The position numbers and the translations under genes were made by a program. A DNA stretch of 63,979 bases, counting the filler, from Aduncisulcus paluster (lineage: Eukaryota), in the NCBI GenBank assembly GCA_024181965.1. It is 11 parts of 11 records of this genome, joined end to end, with 100 filler letters (N's around TTAATTAATTAA, not from the genome) between each part and the next. Parts side by side here need not be neighbours in the genome. Positions count along the whole stretch, not along the records: positions 46,492 to 51,980 come from BQXS01011421.1; positions 52,081 to 61,318 come from BQXS01011423.1; 9 more parts are not named here. The stretch is one strand, 5' to 3'. This document shows, one piece after another, positions 46,492-57,946 of this stretch (positions are counted from its first letter, which is position 1; each line of letters starts with the position of its first letter). The notes below the pieces were generated by a model. It was not told the DNA's origin. It saw only the letters and a list, made by a program, of their open reading frames with translations, and ran no database searches.

Positions 46492-47420
46492 GAAAGAACA
46501 CCAGGTCCACCAGCGTTGGTAACGATGGACATGTGCTTACCCTTGGGAAGGGGTTGAGTGGCGATGGTTTGACCAAGAGCGAAGAGATCCTGAATGTCAG
46601 TCACACGGAGAACACCAGCACGTTCAAGAACGGCGTCAAGAACGTCATCAGCACCGGTAAGGGAACCAGTGTGGGAGGCAGCAGCAGCAGAACCAGCATC
46701 AGTACGACCAGCCTTGATGAGGACAATGGGCTTCTTGGGGGCAACCTCACGGGCAGCATTGAAGAAAGAGGCAGCGTCACCGATACCTTCAACGTAACAG
46801 ATGATGGCATTAGTATCCTTATCATCACCAAAGTAACGGATCAAGTCTCCCCAGTCAACGTCAAGCATGGAACCAACAGAAACAAAGGCACTGAAACCAA
46901 GACCAGTGAGTTCAGACCAGTCAAGCATAGCAGTGCACATAGCTCCAGATTGAGATAAGAAACACATGTGTCCCTTGTTTCCCATACAGGCGGCAAAAGT
47001 AGCATTGAGACCAAAGTTAGGGGTCATGACACCAAGAACATTGGGTCCAACAAGACGAGTTCCAGACTTTTTGATATGCTTGAGGATTTCATCTTCAAGA
47101 GCGATACCGGGGGGACCCATTTCCTTGAAACCAGCGGAGATGATGACAAGACCCTTGACACCGAGATCACAGCATTCCTTCACACAAGCAGGAACGAATT
47201 TAGCACGGATGGCAATGATGACAAGATCAGGGATTTTAGGACAATCTCCAACAGTTTTGTAGGCCTTGTGACCAAGAATAGTTTCTCTCTTGAGGGAGAT
47301 GGGATAAATCTCTCCCTTGAAATCGGGGTGGTGCATGTTCTCAACGAGAGTTCTACCAACACCTACTCTTTCACTAGCACCAACAATGGCAACAACATTG
47401 GGTTTAAATATAGCGTCCAT
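46492..47420 (-). CDS. ADP-forming acetyl-CoA synthetase (acetate--CoA ligase), 3'-partial
   Basis: VAIVGAS, IISAGFKE.G, LVGPNVLG, SQSGA, FVSVGS.LDV, AAASHTGSLTG (phospho-His) and TNAGGPGV; in-frame stop just upstream of the ATG. Confidence 0.93.
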
Positions 47421-47897
47421 AATTCAGAGGTATTGAATCGGCACTGAACAAAACAAATACTATTTGTAGTACAATAATTCAATCCAAAAATAGATCACAT
47501 AATACAATTATCCTTCTTTTATTTATGAATAAAAATGTGAAAGGAGTTAAGTTTTTATTTTATAATTTTATTACTATTGGCCAACTCTTGGCGGCCAGAG
47601 ATCATTTGAAGTTCTGATGGAGAAGAAGCACTAATTCCTGTTTATAGTGCAGAGATTAGCTGTTTAGTTTGTTTGTTTTATTAATAATAACATTATTAAG
47701 TTCAGAAATTAATCCGGTATAGATTAGAAAAATCCACAAAGAAAACCATGAAATATATGTGTATATAGATATCATAGATCTTGTGGGAAGTAAAAATGTG
47801 ACCCAATTCGATACAAAAGTATAGAAACTCAAATCACTCAAAGATGACATCTAGAAGAACGACCTCCAAAACCCTTGGGTTTGGTGGATCCGTTTTT

Positions 47898-49178
47898 CTA
47901 AGAGCGCTTACCATTTCCAGCACGTAGCTTGAAATCATTAGCGCTGACAGCATCGAGAGACCTGAGTAGGTCAGGAACAGAGAAACGATAATGGCATAAC
48001 CATTCATTTAATGGCGTGAAAATAATAGGTGCAAGAGCATCTTTCTTAGGTTCGGACAGATCACCACAAACATCACGAATGAGGCTATCGACAACGTTTT
48101 TCGTTGTGAGAGGAGTAACTGAAGTCAAAACAAGACGAAACTTGCTGTCGAATTGTTTTTGATGATTGTAATGGAACTTACTAAATCCTTTTTTCTTATT
48201 TTTAAAGAAACCATCCTTAATGTTCTTGTAGGTGACACCAGTTTCTTGAGAAGTGCAGAGAGCATCATAATAAGGCTTTATCTTCGACGACCTCTTCCTC
48301 AGAGAGGATTTATCGAAGCTGCCACACGAACGATGCACCCCAAGACCACACTGCATTCCAGAATTGTACCAGCGCTCATTATCAGCTTTCTTTGCGCGTG
48401 GTTTTTTCGAGGAAGATCCCTTGTGATCGCTTGGGGATTCATCTCGAGAAGAAGAACGGCCGTCAGTTGATTCTTCTTCCTCTTTTCCAGAAACATCACG
48501 AGAATGTCTATCCGTACATGCTTCATCATCGTCCTGAAAACGTTCTTCGTCCCCAAATTTATCATAATACTGACCGTCTGAATAAACAGTGGAAGAATAG
48601 CGTTGTTTTCCAGGAAAACGATCAACAGGATGATAACAATCAACTGAACTTGAAAAACATCCAGTAATTTTGGGAGCATCGCTAGAGTCAGGATAAAAAG
48701 CAGCATCCCGAGGGGAGTCTGGAGGTGGAAGGAACTCTGGTTGAGGTAGAGGTAAACAGAACTCTGTAGGAGGCACAAAACATTGAGGAACATCAAGAGT
48801 AGGAGGAGCATAAAAAGAACATGATGGAGTGGGATAAGAACAATGACAGATACGCCCCGGACTGAAAGTAAAGGAAGGTGTTGCACCATGTGACTCACAG
48901 TCATATTTAGGAGGTGCATGTTCACCACAAGTGGCAAGTGAATGGCAAGAAGCTTGTTGTTCTACTCCAAACGAAGAAGAAGAGCAGGAGGACATAACCC
49001 TGGCCGGATCGGGTTGAAACAGCTCAAAAGAAGAAGTTTGAGAAGTATGAAATATCTCAGAAGGTCCTGCCATCGAGTTTGGAGATGTTTCCACGGATGG
49101 GGAAGGACTCGGTAATAAACTCTCAATACCCTGTTGAGAACCGCAAAAAGGCAAAAAATTGTGTTGAGGTGATGCCAT
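47898..49178 (-). CDS. Hypothetical protein with Pro/Ser-rich N-terminus and basic C-terminal domain
   Basis: Complete 426-aa ORF; no recognised family. Confidence 0.75.
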   Translation of the reverse strand: MASPQHNFLPFCGSQQGIESLLPSPSPSVETSPNSMAGPSEIFHTSQTSSFELFQPDPARVMSSCSSSSFGVEQQASCHSLATCGEHAPPKYDCESHGATPSFTFSPGRICHCSYPTPSCSFYAPPTLDVPQCFVPPTEFCLPLPQPEFLPPPDSPRDAAFYPDSSDAPKITGCFSSSVDCYHPVDRFPGKQRYSSTVYSDGQYYDKFGDEERFQDDDEACTDRHSRDVSGKEEEESTDGRSSSRDESPSDHKGSSSKKPRAKKADNERWYNSGMQCGLGVHRSCGSFDKSSLRKRSSKIKPYYDALCTSQETGVTYKNIKDGFFKNKKKGFSKFHYNHQKQFDSKFRLVLTSVTPLTTKNVVDSLIRDVCGDLSEPKKDALAPIIFTPLNEWLCHYRFSVPDLLRSLDAVSANDFKLRAGNGKRS

Positions 49179-49908
49179 GATGTGTATAGATGTTGTGTTA
49201 GAAGAGTGAAAATGTCAGCGAGTATATCGTGCAAGGAAAACAGAACATATTCTCCAAATCGTCTGGGGATCATCCCCAATATTGGGGATCCAATCGGTGC
49301 CGCCTTGTGCACTTGCTAAATACTTCAATTGCACCAAGTAAAAACGTACAACGAATTTTTTTTCTCGGATGACTATTGACAAATATGAACGTGTTATGTG
49401 GATCCGTCTTGGTGTCGCTGAATAAGGAGATAAGACAAGTAGTACCGAGTAAGTATTCGGAAATTAAATTATACGGTTGCCAAATGACGAAGTTATTGAA
49501 ACGCTAACCTCCTCAATATTCTCATGATAGGATATCAGTGATTGACACGGAGAAATAGACAAAATTGGATAGATAATCTTATAAATTGTTACATGTTTCA
49601 AGTTTTCATCCATAGTTGGATTGTATTTATCTAATGATTCCATCATGTCGTTATCTATTTTGAAAACTTTGATTAGAAACTTTTGCTTTGCAGTCTTCAA
49701 AAGATTACTCGGATTTTTTATTGACCATATTTCAGTCAACATGTGAAAATATTTAATTTTTTGAAGTATTTTTGGGAATAATCTTGTATTGAATGACGAT
49801 TCAGATCTAAATTTCAGATTTGAGCTTGTTTGAGCAGATTTCTAGAAATTGGTGATTATTTTGGCAAGTCATTTCCTGGAAATGTCCCTCAAATCCAAAA
49901 ATACCAAT

Positions 49909-51741
49909 TTATTTCGATGCCATTTTATCATCCTTGGAAGCTTCTTCTTCCGAAGGATCACCTAGAAGATTATAATCTTCATTGGGTCTAGAGTTTTCTT
50001 CTTTGATTGGATTCTTCTTCTTCTTGATAAAGAATATGATAAAAAATACAACACAGCCAACCAAGACAACAGAACCCAGAACAATGCCAACAATAGCTCC
50101 AGTTGAGAGTGGAACGGATACACATGTAATCTTGCCGCTTTTCCTTGCAATACATTGCTTTCCATGATCACGGCAAGAAACACACTGGTCATAAGTGTTC
50201 TGATGGAATGAACACTTATTTGTTGATTTATCAAGGAAAAATCCAAGAGAACAATCAATCTTCCATTTCCCTGGTTTATATTGCCAACAAATCTCTCCAG
50301 CAAAAAGACTTGGAAGAGATGAACATGGGGAGTCTTTTTGAGCACCAAGAAATACCACAGCATTGGGAAATTGCTGTTGAAGGGCATACTGAGCAACGAT
50401 TACACCCTCCTTGAAAGAAAAATAATTATGACCCATAAAAAACACTGAATTAACTCTCGAACCACTACCAAGTCCAAATAAGTCCGAAAATTCATTTCCA
50501 TAGAGAGATACGACGGAATAGTTCTGGAACACAGGGTCGGCCAAAGAAACATCGGTGAAGCCACAGAAATTAAGGTCAACTTCATTGAAACTATTATCCC
50601 CGAGAAAGTCAAAGCTTGAGAGAGGATTTCCACTCAAATTCAAGGAATCCAGCTCTAAGATGCCACATATATCAATATCTGTGATTCCCACATTCGCCAA
50701 CGAAAGATAAGAATTCCTCCCTTGAAAGGAAAAAGAAGGGACCGTGTAGTCTCCGAGATCATAATAAGACTCGTTTATATTCCTTAATGAGAAAGAATTA
50801 AGGTTTGGAAAATTTTCAGGAGTGACATTATAGTAATCACAGTCAACATCAAAAATGAGAAGCTTCTCAAGCTGATCGCCGTACCCCTCCGATAAATCTT
50901 TAACCAATGATGGACAAATGATGTTTTCGACTAATAAATAAGTTAGAGTCTTCGGAAAATAGGAAATATCACCAAAAGAACGAGGGCATCTCTCTCCAAC
51001 ACATCCAAGTGTTAATGTAGCGACATTTACATCAGATATGGGGGAAAGATCAGGAATATCAACATTAACCAGATCAATAATCAATCCGTCATCTGGAATA
51101 TTACAAGGAAGTGGAAACCCAGCTTCTCCAATAGAAACGTCATAAAAATACAATGCATCACAATTCTGCAGTTGGATCATATCACCAATGGAGTTGTTAG
51201 AACTAATGTCCATATGATAGAGCATTAAATTATCCATATAACAACCATTTAATGAAGAAAAATCGAAATCTTCAAAAGAAATCAGAGATAATATATAGTA
51301 ACCTAGAGAAGTAAAGATATTTGGAAGAGCTGATAAATCCACATTTGGGATTGGACCTAATATGGAAAGGGAAAGACTATGAAAACCTTCAAAGGGAGTC
51401 AAATCGAATTCATTATCAGTAGGTCCGAAACTAACTGAATATAGTTCCTCTAACTGAGCCAATGGTTCCAAACTTTCAAGAGGATTGTTATAAAGAATTA
51501 AATCCTCCAAACCAATGACATATTGGATACCTTCAAGGTTTGCAATATTCAATCCATCCAAATTGAAAAAATAGTTGGAAATGTTATTCAATTGCTCAAT
51601 TTCAGGCTGGCAATCGGAGGATTCCCCAATCTCAGAACACAAGAATGCACGCAGATTGTCATCAGGAACAATAGCAGGTGTTGAAAAAATTCCAATAATA
51701 AGATACAAGATATAACCAAAAAAAACAAAAAGGTGAACCAT
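49909..51741 (-). CDS. Type I membrane LRR + Cys-rich surface protein
   Basis: Signal peptide (MVHLFVFFGYILYLIIG), internalin-like cap (VPDDNLRAFLC..I.NLEGIQY), LRRs, Cys-rich module, TM segment GAIVGIVLGSVVLVGCVVFFIIFFI followed by KKKK, short tail containing YNLL. Confidence 0.9.
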   Translation of the reverse strand: MVHLFVFFGYILYLIIGIFSTPAIVPDDNLRAFLCSEIGESSDCQPEIEQLNNISNYFFNLDGLNIANLEGIQYVIGLEDLILYNNPLESLEPLAQLEELYSVSFGPTDNEFDLTPFEGFHSLSLSILGPIPNVDLSALPNIFTSLGYYILSLISFEDFDFSSLNGCYMDNLMLYHMDISSNNSIGDMIQLQNCDALYFYDVSIGEAGFPLPCNIPDDGLIIDLVNVDIPDLSPISDVNVATLTLGCVGERCPRSFGDISYFPKTLTYLLVENIICPSLVKDLSEGYGDQLEKLLIFDVDCDYYNVTPENFPNLNSFSLRNINESYYDLGDYTVPSFSFQGRNSYLSLANVGITDIDICGILELDSLNLSGNPLSSFDFLGDNSFNEVDLNFCGFTDVSLADPVFQNYSVVSLYGNEFSDLFGLGSGSRVNSVFFMGHNYFSFKEGVIVAQYALQQQFPNAVVFLGAQKDSPCSSLPSLFAGEICWQYKPGKWKIDCSLGFFLDKSTNKCSFHQNTYDQCVSCRDHGKQCIARKSGKITCVSVPLSTGAIVGIVLGSVVLVGCVVFFIIFFIKKKKNPIKEENSRPNEDYNLLGDPSEEEASKDDKMASK

Positions 51742-52080
51742 AATAATACCAAGATGAAAACAAAAAGAGACTTTGAGAAACGACTTCAGTCTGTGGGCAA
51801 AGATCGATATTTTCGCCGATAATTCCTCAACAAGTGCATAGAGGGATTTTATAAACAAGAAAATAAACTATAAAACCATCTTTGATAAATTCTATATGTG
51901 AGTTATTCTCCCTAATTCGCTCAAAAACCCAAGACTCAAAACGGGATAAAACGAAAATACCGGGACCGGCAGGTGCAAAANNNNNNNNNNNNNNNNNNNN
52001 NNNNNNNNNNNNNNNNNNNNNNNNTTAATTAATTAANNNNNNNNNNNNNNNNNNNNNNNNNNNNNNNNNNNNNNNNNNNN

Positions 52081-53301
52081 CATCAACTTTACCCGTGTTT
52101 CCCTATCATCACACAATTCGTCCTTTGGGAATACAACCAAATCATTTTCAATCTCGTAAAAAGCTTTCAATTGCCCATCTTTGCAAACAGTACACACGGC
52201 AAACAAAACGTCACGAGCAGAAAGGTGAAGAAGAGCACCAAGAGTCTTCAAAGAAATAGATGAAAAGGTCTTGGCGACGTTACTCAAAGCAACTCTCAAT
52301 ACAGCCCTATCGAGACGTTTGACGAGGTTAACAACATCATCACGGTGGAAATAAGAGTCCCACTTCTCAATCTGTTCCATAAATTTGGCTCGATCACCTT
52401 CACGGACAAGTCTGACGAGTTCCTCATATATGCGCATCTGATTCGATGTAAAAGAAGGGCGCAATTCCTTGAGAGAAGGAAAATCTCCAAGAAGCAATCT
52501 CACCAATACAAGGCGTTTGAGACAAGCCAATTTGAAACCAACAGCAATCTTATCAGATGGTGGGGCATTCCTCAGAGCGGCTTGAAGATGTTCTTTGCTT
52601 TTAACATACTCGTGCCGGATGGCGGCAATGCAACCGGCATAAAAATGAAATCTGGAAACTTGAGGTGTGGAAGCCTTCTTAAGAGGGAAAGGAAGTTTTC
52701 TCAAAACCATCTCTGCACCAATAAAATCTTTTTTCACCCACATACCACGCAAAATAAGGTTTATAACAACAGCTCTGGCTTCAAAAGAATTCTTATTGGC
52801 TTCACATCTATGAGCAAGAAAGAGAATGTCTCTGGCATCATGAAGCCCATTATATAATTCCAAAATATCACCTGCAACACGATACATGTAAACGCTGATA
52901 GAATCACAACCAGGTTGAGATAAATCGCTTGCCTTTTGAATAAGTTGAATTGCATATTGATTCAACACCTCAGCAGAAACAGAGGGGTGCTCAACGAGTT
53001 GCATAATAGCAAAAGTTAATAAGAGTCCATAAGCCACGTCAATATATTTTGTTATTCTAGAAGTATCATCAATTTTAGTTCCTTTTGTTGAAATCGAATC
53101 ATCTACAAGAGACAATATTGATTTTAAGTTATCAATCTGAAGATCTGTTAATTTCACGTAGTAAGAAGCATCTAATATGATAGATGGAGTCAACTGAGAA
53201 ATTGTAGTTTTGAATCTGGATAAAGCTGAAGTAAAGAACCTTTGTTCATTCACATCGAGGGAGAAAACAACAGATTTTATCAATGTGACGAGATTCTCCA
53301 T
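52081..53301 (-). CDS. RPN3: 26S proteasome lid subunit Rpn3 (PSMD3), 3'-partial
   Basis: AVVINLILR..FP..AS..Q..RFHFYAG.IAAI...Y....HLQAALRNAP...AVGF...LVRLLLGDFP and a PCI domain (FSSISL). The start position is uncertain. Confidence 0.88.
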
Positions 53302-53620
53302 TATTATATTGGTGTTCTTGAGTCTAATGAACAAAATGGTCGATGACAATTTTCACATTATGTTTTTGATTATTCAAACCAGGATGGCGTAAATTTATTA
53401 TTCCTAAATAAAATGATTCATTCTAGGTAATATTCTGTTTTTCCCCTCATGATTGACAGATTTAAGAGTGGCGGATGTATTCTCCTCATTCCAGAAACCG
53501 AACCAAAATAATTATTAACTTTCTCCGGAAAAATGTGATTATTATGCACTATTTTCTATCTAATACATTCTCTCCATTCAAGCAAACCAAGTTGCAAATT
53601 TCCAATTTTTTTTTTGGCAC

Positions 53621-55715
53621 ATGTGGGGTAATGAAGGTAGAGAAGGTGATCTTGATGAGTTTATCAAATTAGAACAACAAATTAAAAGAGAAGTCGGTTT
53701 AGATGAAGATACTTTTCAGTATGTATTTGCTTCTGTGTCATTTTTCTCATAAAGAGGTATATTATCCATTTTTACAAGATTTTTTCTCCATATTTATTCC
53801 TGTTTTATAGAGCTATTGATTTAGGGGATACAGTTCCTTTTCAAAATATTATCGATGACGATCAAGCGCAGATGGAAGGTTCTTCGCCTGGCATTTTAGG
53901 TGACACTACAAATGCAGATATTCCACTTCTTGGGGGTGAACCCGTTCCTGATATTGACCTTTCAACAGACTTTTCTCCGAGACGATCACCTCGTATACGA
54001 CCTGTTCCATCCCTCGTCTCTCAATCTGTTCAAACTGATCCACTTCCCGATCAACAAGAGGAAATAGCGCGCCTTCGTCAAGATATAGTCGACTTTAAAA
54101 GCGAAATTCATGAATATAAATTACAAATCCAGGAATGGAAAGAAAAAGACAAAGAAAAAGTGCTTTTGCATCAAAGATTGGTAAAAGATAGAGATTCAGC
54201 CATGTCACAATATCGTCGTGAGCGTCAACGGTCTCAACATCAAAGTGAACTCACTCGCAATGCTACTGATAGCTCAAAAGAACTAAAGACAAAACTTGAA
54301 GAAGCTCAACGGCATCTCAAGAAATTGCGAGGAGAAATACGAACGATTGAGCATACCAGAAAAGTAACCGTCGATGCTCTTCGTGAACAAGTCGATCGTA
54401 AGACGGAAGAATATACGGTTGTTTCTGGGCAACTTGCTCGTCAAGACAAGCTTTTGGAAGAACACAAACGGATAATGGATCGTGAATTGTCAGATAGAGA
54501 TGCAATTATTGAGAACTTACAACGTCAAATTCAGGTACGTGACGAGGCAATTGAGAGAGAGAAACAATCCCGTATCCAACAGAACCACGATGCAGAACTC
54601 CGTCGTATCGATGACTTGCGGAGAGAAGAAGAAGAGAGAAGGCGGCGAGAAGAGGAGAGACGACAGAGGGATCTTGAAATGCAAATGGAAGAAAAAAGAC
54701 TTGAAGCCATTGACAGGAGGAGAAGGGAAGAGGAGAGGAGGAGTGTAGAAGAAAAACGAAGAGAAGAGGAAAGAAGAGAGGAAGAGAGAAGAAGAGAGGA
54801 AGAGAGAAGAAGAGAGGAAGAGAGGAGGAGAGAAGAGGAGAGGAGNNNNNNNNNNNNNNNNNNNNACTCCGTCGTATCGATGACTTGCGGAGAGAAGAAG
54901 AAGAGAGAAGGCGGCGAGAAGAGGAGAGACGACAGAGGGATCTTGAAATGCAAATGGAAGAAAAAAGACTTGAAGCCATTGACAGGAGGAGAAGGGAAGA
55001 GGAGAGGAGGAGTGTTGAAGAAAAACGAAGAGAAGAGGAAAGAAGAGAGGAAGAGAGAAGAAGAGAGGAAGAGAGAAGAAGAGAGGAAGAGAGGAGGAGA
55101 GAAGAGGAGAGGAGGAGAAGAGAAGATGTATTTTCATCCGCTGCCTCTATCAAATCCCAGCCTCATGTTGGGCCGACTGCTTCATTGAGTCGTGCTTCAT
55201 CAACATCCATTCCAGACTCAACATTGGCAGATCTTCCAACAAAGTCGACTGTGGAGACGATTGAACCTTTCCACGACGTTGCTTCATTATTGCGCCAACT
55301 TGAGCTCGATCGAGATGAATACGGAAGTGGACAGATTGTAAAGCATGAAGAAATGAATGAACGTGAAGATGTGAGATTCCAGAAAGGTGGAAGACTGATT
55401 AAATTTCCAAATGGTACTTCTAAGCTTATCCTCCCGACGGGAATATCGAATATCAGATTTAGTAATGGCGATGTTAAGAGAGTTTACCCCGATGGAAGTA
55501 ATGTTTATTTTTATAACCAAGTTGACACTTTAGTAAGTACGTTCCCAAAATTCGGGTATAAGTTGTATAGATTCAGCGATGGCCAATTAGAGAGACATGA
55601 TAATAATGGAAACAAGGCAATTTATTATCCAAACGGCACTTGTAAACATTTGATTGGTTCCGAAGAACTTTGTTTTTTCCCTGACGGATCTGTTCAAAGA
55701 TCGGGAAATAAATAA
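53621..55715 (+). CDS. CENPJ: SAS-4/CPAP/CENPJ centriole protein; exon 1 53621..53718, exon 2 from 53811; apparent split caused by an assembly duplication
   Basis: C-terminal TCP10/G-box repeats (FPNGT, FSNGDVKRVYPDG..VYFY, FSDGQLERH..NG.K.I.YPNG, FPDG), central coiled coil, and a DLDEFIKLEQ motif in exon 1. Confidence 0.88.
53719..53810 (+). other. Spliceosomal intron (92 nt) in SAS-4
   Basis: GTATGT...TTTTATAG, phase 2; joins ATG 53621 in frame with ORF 53872. Confidence 0.82.
54597..55114. repeat. 249-bp duplication flanking a 20-N gap (unmerged overlap in REEER repeats)
   Basis: 54597-54845 matches 54866-55114, with one synonymous difference seen (GTA vs GTT). Confidence 0.85.
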
Positions 55716-56011
55716 GATTGTTGATTGTATAATAAGCCCCTATTAAAAAAAATGCGTTTAAATTTTATTTTATCCACGACACCGACAAACATATATATAG
55801 AAAGGGTGGATTTATAAAATAATAATAACAAATATATAAAGTTCTCTTTTTGTTATTGAATAATCTGGGCCTTGATGAAAATAAATCACCCTGCAAAAAT
55901 TCTGCACCCAAAAATTTTACCATTTGTCGACAAATCTTAAATCTGTTTTGTATTATTTGTTGAATTTATTTTATTTACTACATCCTATAATAATATTAAC
56001 ATTTTCAAATA

Positions 56012-57946
56012 ATGTGGAATCCGCAACAAGCTCAATATCACGGAAGTGGTGGATATCTCCCTCAACAATCCTATGGTGGGATGGGTATGCCTTCATCTCA
56101 GCCCATGATCACACCTGTTACTTCATCAACGATGTATTCTTCACAAACTATGCCTGTTCAACATGTTATTATCCCTGGTGCTCCTCAGTCAGCAAATCTC
56201 TATTCAGCACCAGTTTCTGGCGGAATGTCTACTATTTCTAGGCCTCCAGTCATCCCTCCTATTCAATCAACTCCAATCGGAATCATATCAACCCCTATTC
56301 TCCCTGGTAGAGCTCCTCCTCCAATAGCTCCTCCAATGCAACCAACCGGTTGGTTTGCCGGATTTCGTTCTGGACTTGCGGCCGTCACTGGAATTGGCGC
56401 TGGAATGGGCTCAAATGACCTTGAAGCACTTTATTCTTATGGTTCTCCCGAGTACTTCCAAGCTCAGAAACGAATGAAACGAACTGTTGTCGAAACAATG
56501 TCTTTTTCAAACGACGAACCTCAACAGCTAACCCCAGAAGATTTGCAACACATTAGTCTTGATTTGATTGCTGCAGACAAAGAGTATCACTTTAGAGGCC
56601 GTTTGCCCTTTTGTTGTTCTGGATTGAAGGATATTGGAGAAGTATATGGACATGGTATCCGTTATTACTTTTATTTCCTTTATTTCCTTTGTTTTGTCAA
56701 TTTTATCCAACTTCTCTTCTCTGCCATTCCTGTTGTCCATTATTTCCTCCTCAAGAAGAAAGAAGGCTTTGATCTCCCAGCCTTATCCGAGCTTTTATTC
56801 TACTCTTCCACAACTTTCCCCCGTGTTCACTCCACTTGGCGTATCTGTGCCATTTTGACTGTCATTTGGTGGTTTTTGAATGGATTCCTCTATGGTGTGT
56901 TCTTTAACCGCTACAAGAGGAAAGTCAAAGAGGAAGAGGAACAAGCCAGAGCTGAGCACATTCGTGATATTGTCGGAAGTACCGTGATTGGTGATGTCAC
57001 AAGGCTTGGACTCGATGATCTCAACGATGTTGACCCTTACACAGTTGGAGCTGACGATGGATCTTCCAGGTCGGACGAGAGAGCTGAGAATGCGGACATT
57101 GGATCTGCCTCACGATTCTTTAGACAACTATTCTCCTGGTTGATATTTATTGTTTCTCTTTGCCTTTCCGTGTATCTCGTGTATGTCTTGTATCACATTC
57201 CCACTGCCTCTAATTCCTTCTGGGCCAATATCCTTCCCTTTATCACCTCCATCTCAATCTCTGTCTTAAACATTATATGGAAATCTGTCGGAAAGATCTT
57301 GACCGATAAGCTTGAGAGACCCCGTACATGGAGTGCCACAAGAAAGAGTACATTGGTGAAGACATTTGTGTTTAAGATGGCCAATCTAATCGCTCTGTAT
57401 GCCATTTCTGGTCTCACATCCTCAGACACTGAACAAACCTGTCCCCTTGCCGGTACTGGAAAGCAGTTTACAGTCAATATCATACTTGATATGACTGCCT
57501 TCAATGCTCTTGAGATTGGAATTCCACTCGTTATGTATAAATTGATGAGAAAATGCTTTGGATCCAAGAAGACAGACGAAGAGATGAGAGCTGTGTTCGA
57601 TCTCTCTGATGAGTATCTTGAATTGTTCTACAGACTTTCTCAATGCTATTTTGGGACTCTTGGATCTCCTCTTATCGGTGGTCTGTGTCTTATTGCTAAC
57701 TTGCTTGAGATTGCTGTTGACAAGAGTCGTTTGTTCTACATCAATCGTATTCCACAGAGAATGGAGAGTGGAATGCGTGGCTTCATTATTTTCTATCTCT
57801 TTATTGTTGGCGTGTGTGCTTTCTTTGCCTACCCTAATGGAGCCTTGATCGCTATCTACAACCTGTGGTCTCAAACACCTCCGTCTGGGGACGTGTGGGA
57901 GTTGTCTTTCTTCTCAAGGCCTAGCTATCAATACTGTTGGGAATAG
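56012..57946 (+). CDS. TMC-like / anoctamin-superfamily membrane channel
   Basis: About 9-10 TM segments; TMC-like IGEVYGHGIRYYFYFL.FL..VN and C....GKQF; TMEM16-like NALEIGIP, FDLSDEYLEL and NLLEIAVDK. Confidence 0.85.
   Translation: MWNPQQAQYHGSGGYLPQQSYGGMGMPSSQPMITPVTSSTMYSSQTMPVQHVIIPGAPQSANLYSAPVSGGMSTISRPPVIPPIQSTPIGIISTPILPGRAPPPIAPPMQPTGWFAGFRSGLAAVTGIGAGMGSNDLEALYSYGSPEYFQAQKRMKRTVVETMSFSNDEPQQLTPEDLQHISLDLIAADKEYHFRGRLPFCCSGLKDIGEVYGHGIRYYFYFLYFLCFVNFIQLLFSAIPVVHYFLLKKKEGFDLPALSELLFYSSTTFPRVHSTWRICAILTVIWWFLNGFLYGVFFNRYKRKVKEEEEQARAEHIRDIVGSTVIGDVTRLGLDDLNDVDPYTVGADDGSSRSDERAENADIGSASRFFRQLFSWLIFIVSLCLSVYLVYVLYHIPTASNSFWANILPFITSISISVLNIIWKSVGKILTDKLERPRTWSATRKSTLVKTFVFKMANLIALYAISGLTSSDTEQTCPLAGTGKQFTVNIILDMTAFNALEIGIPLVMYKLMRKCFGSKKTDEEMRAVFDLSDEYLELFYRLSQCYFGTLGSPLIGGLCLIANLLEIAVDKSRLFYINRIPQRMESGMRGFIIFYLFIVGVCAFFAYPNGALIAIYNLWSQTPPSGDVWELSFFSRPSYQYCWE

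Noticed and set aside
43450-47420. ygeW and ACS as a metabolic gene cluster
   Set aside because: They are on different contigs separated by a linker at 46392-46491.
54597-55114. Apparent two-gene or frameshifted SAS-4
   Set aside because: Duplicated overlap around a 20-N gap in a REEER repeat. Collapsing it gives one continuous ORF, and the single synonymous difference may be allelic.
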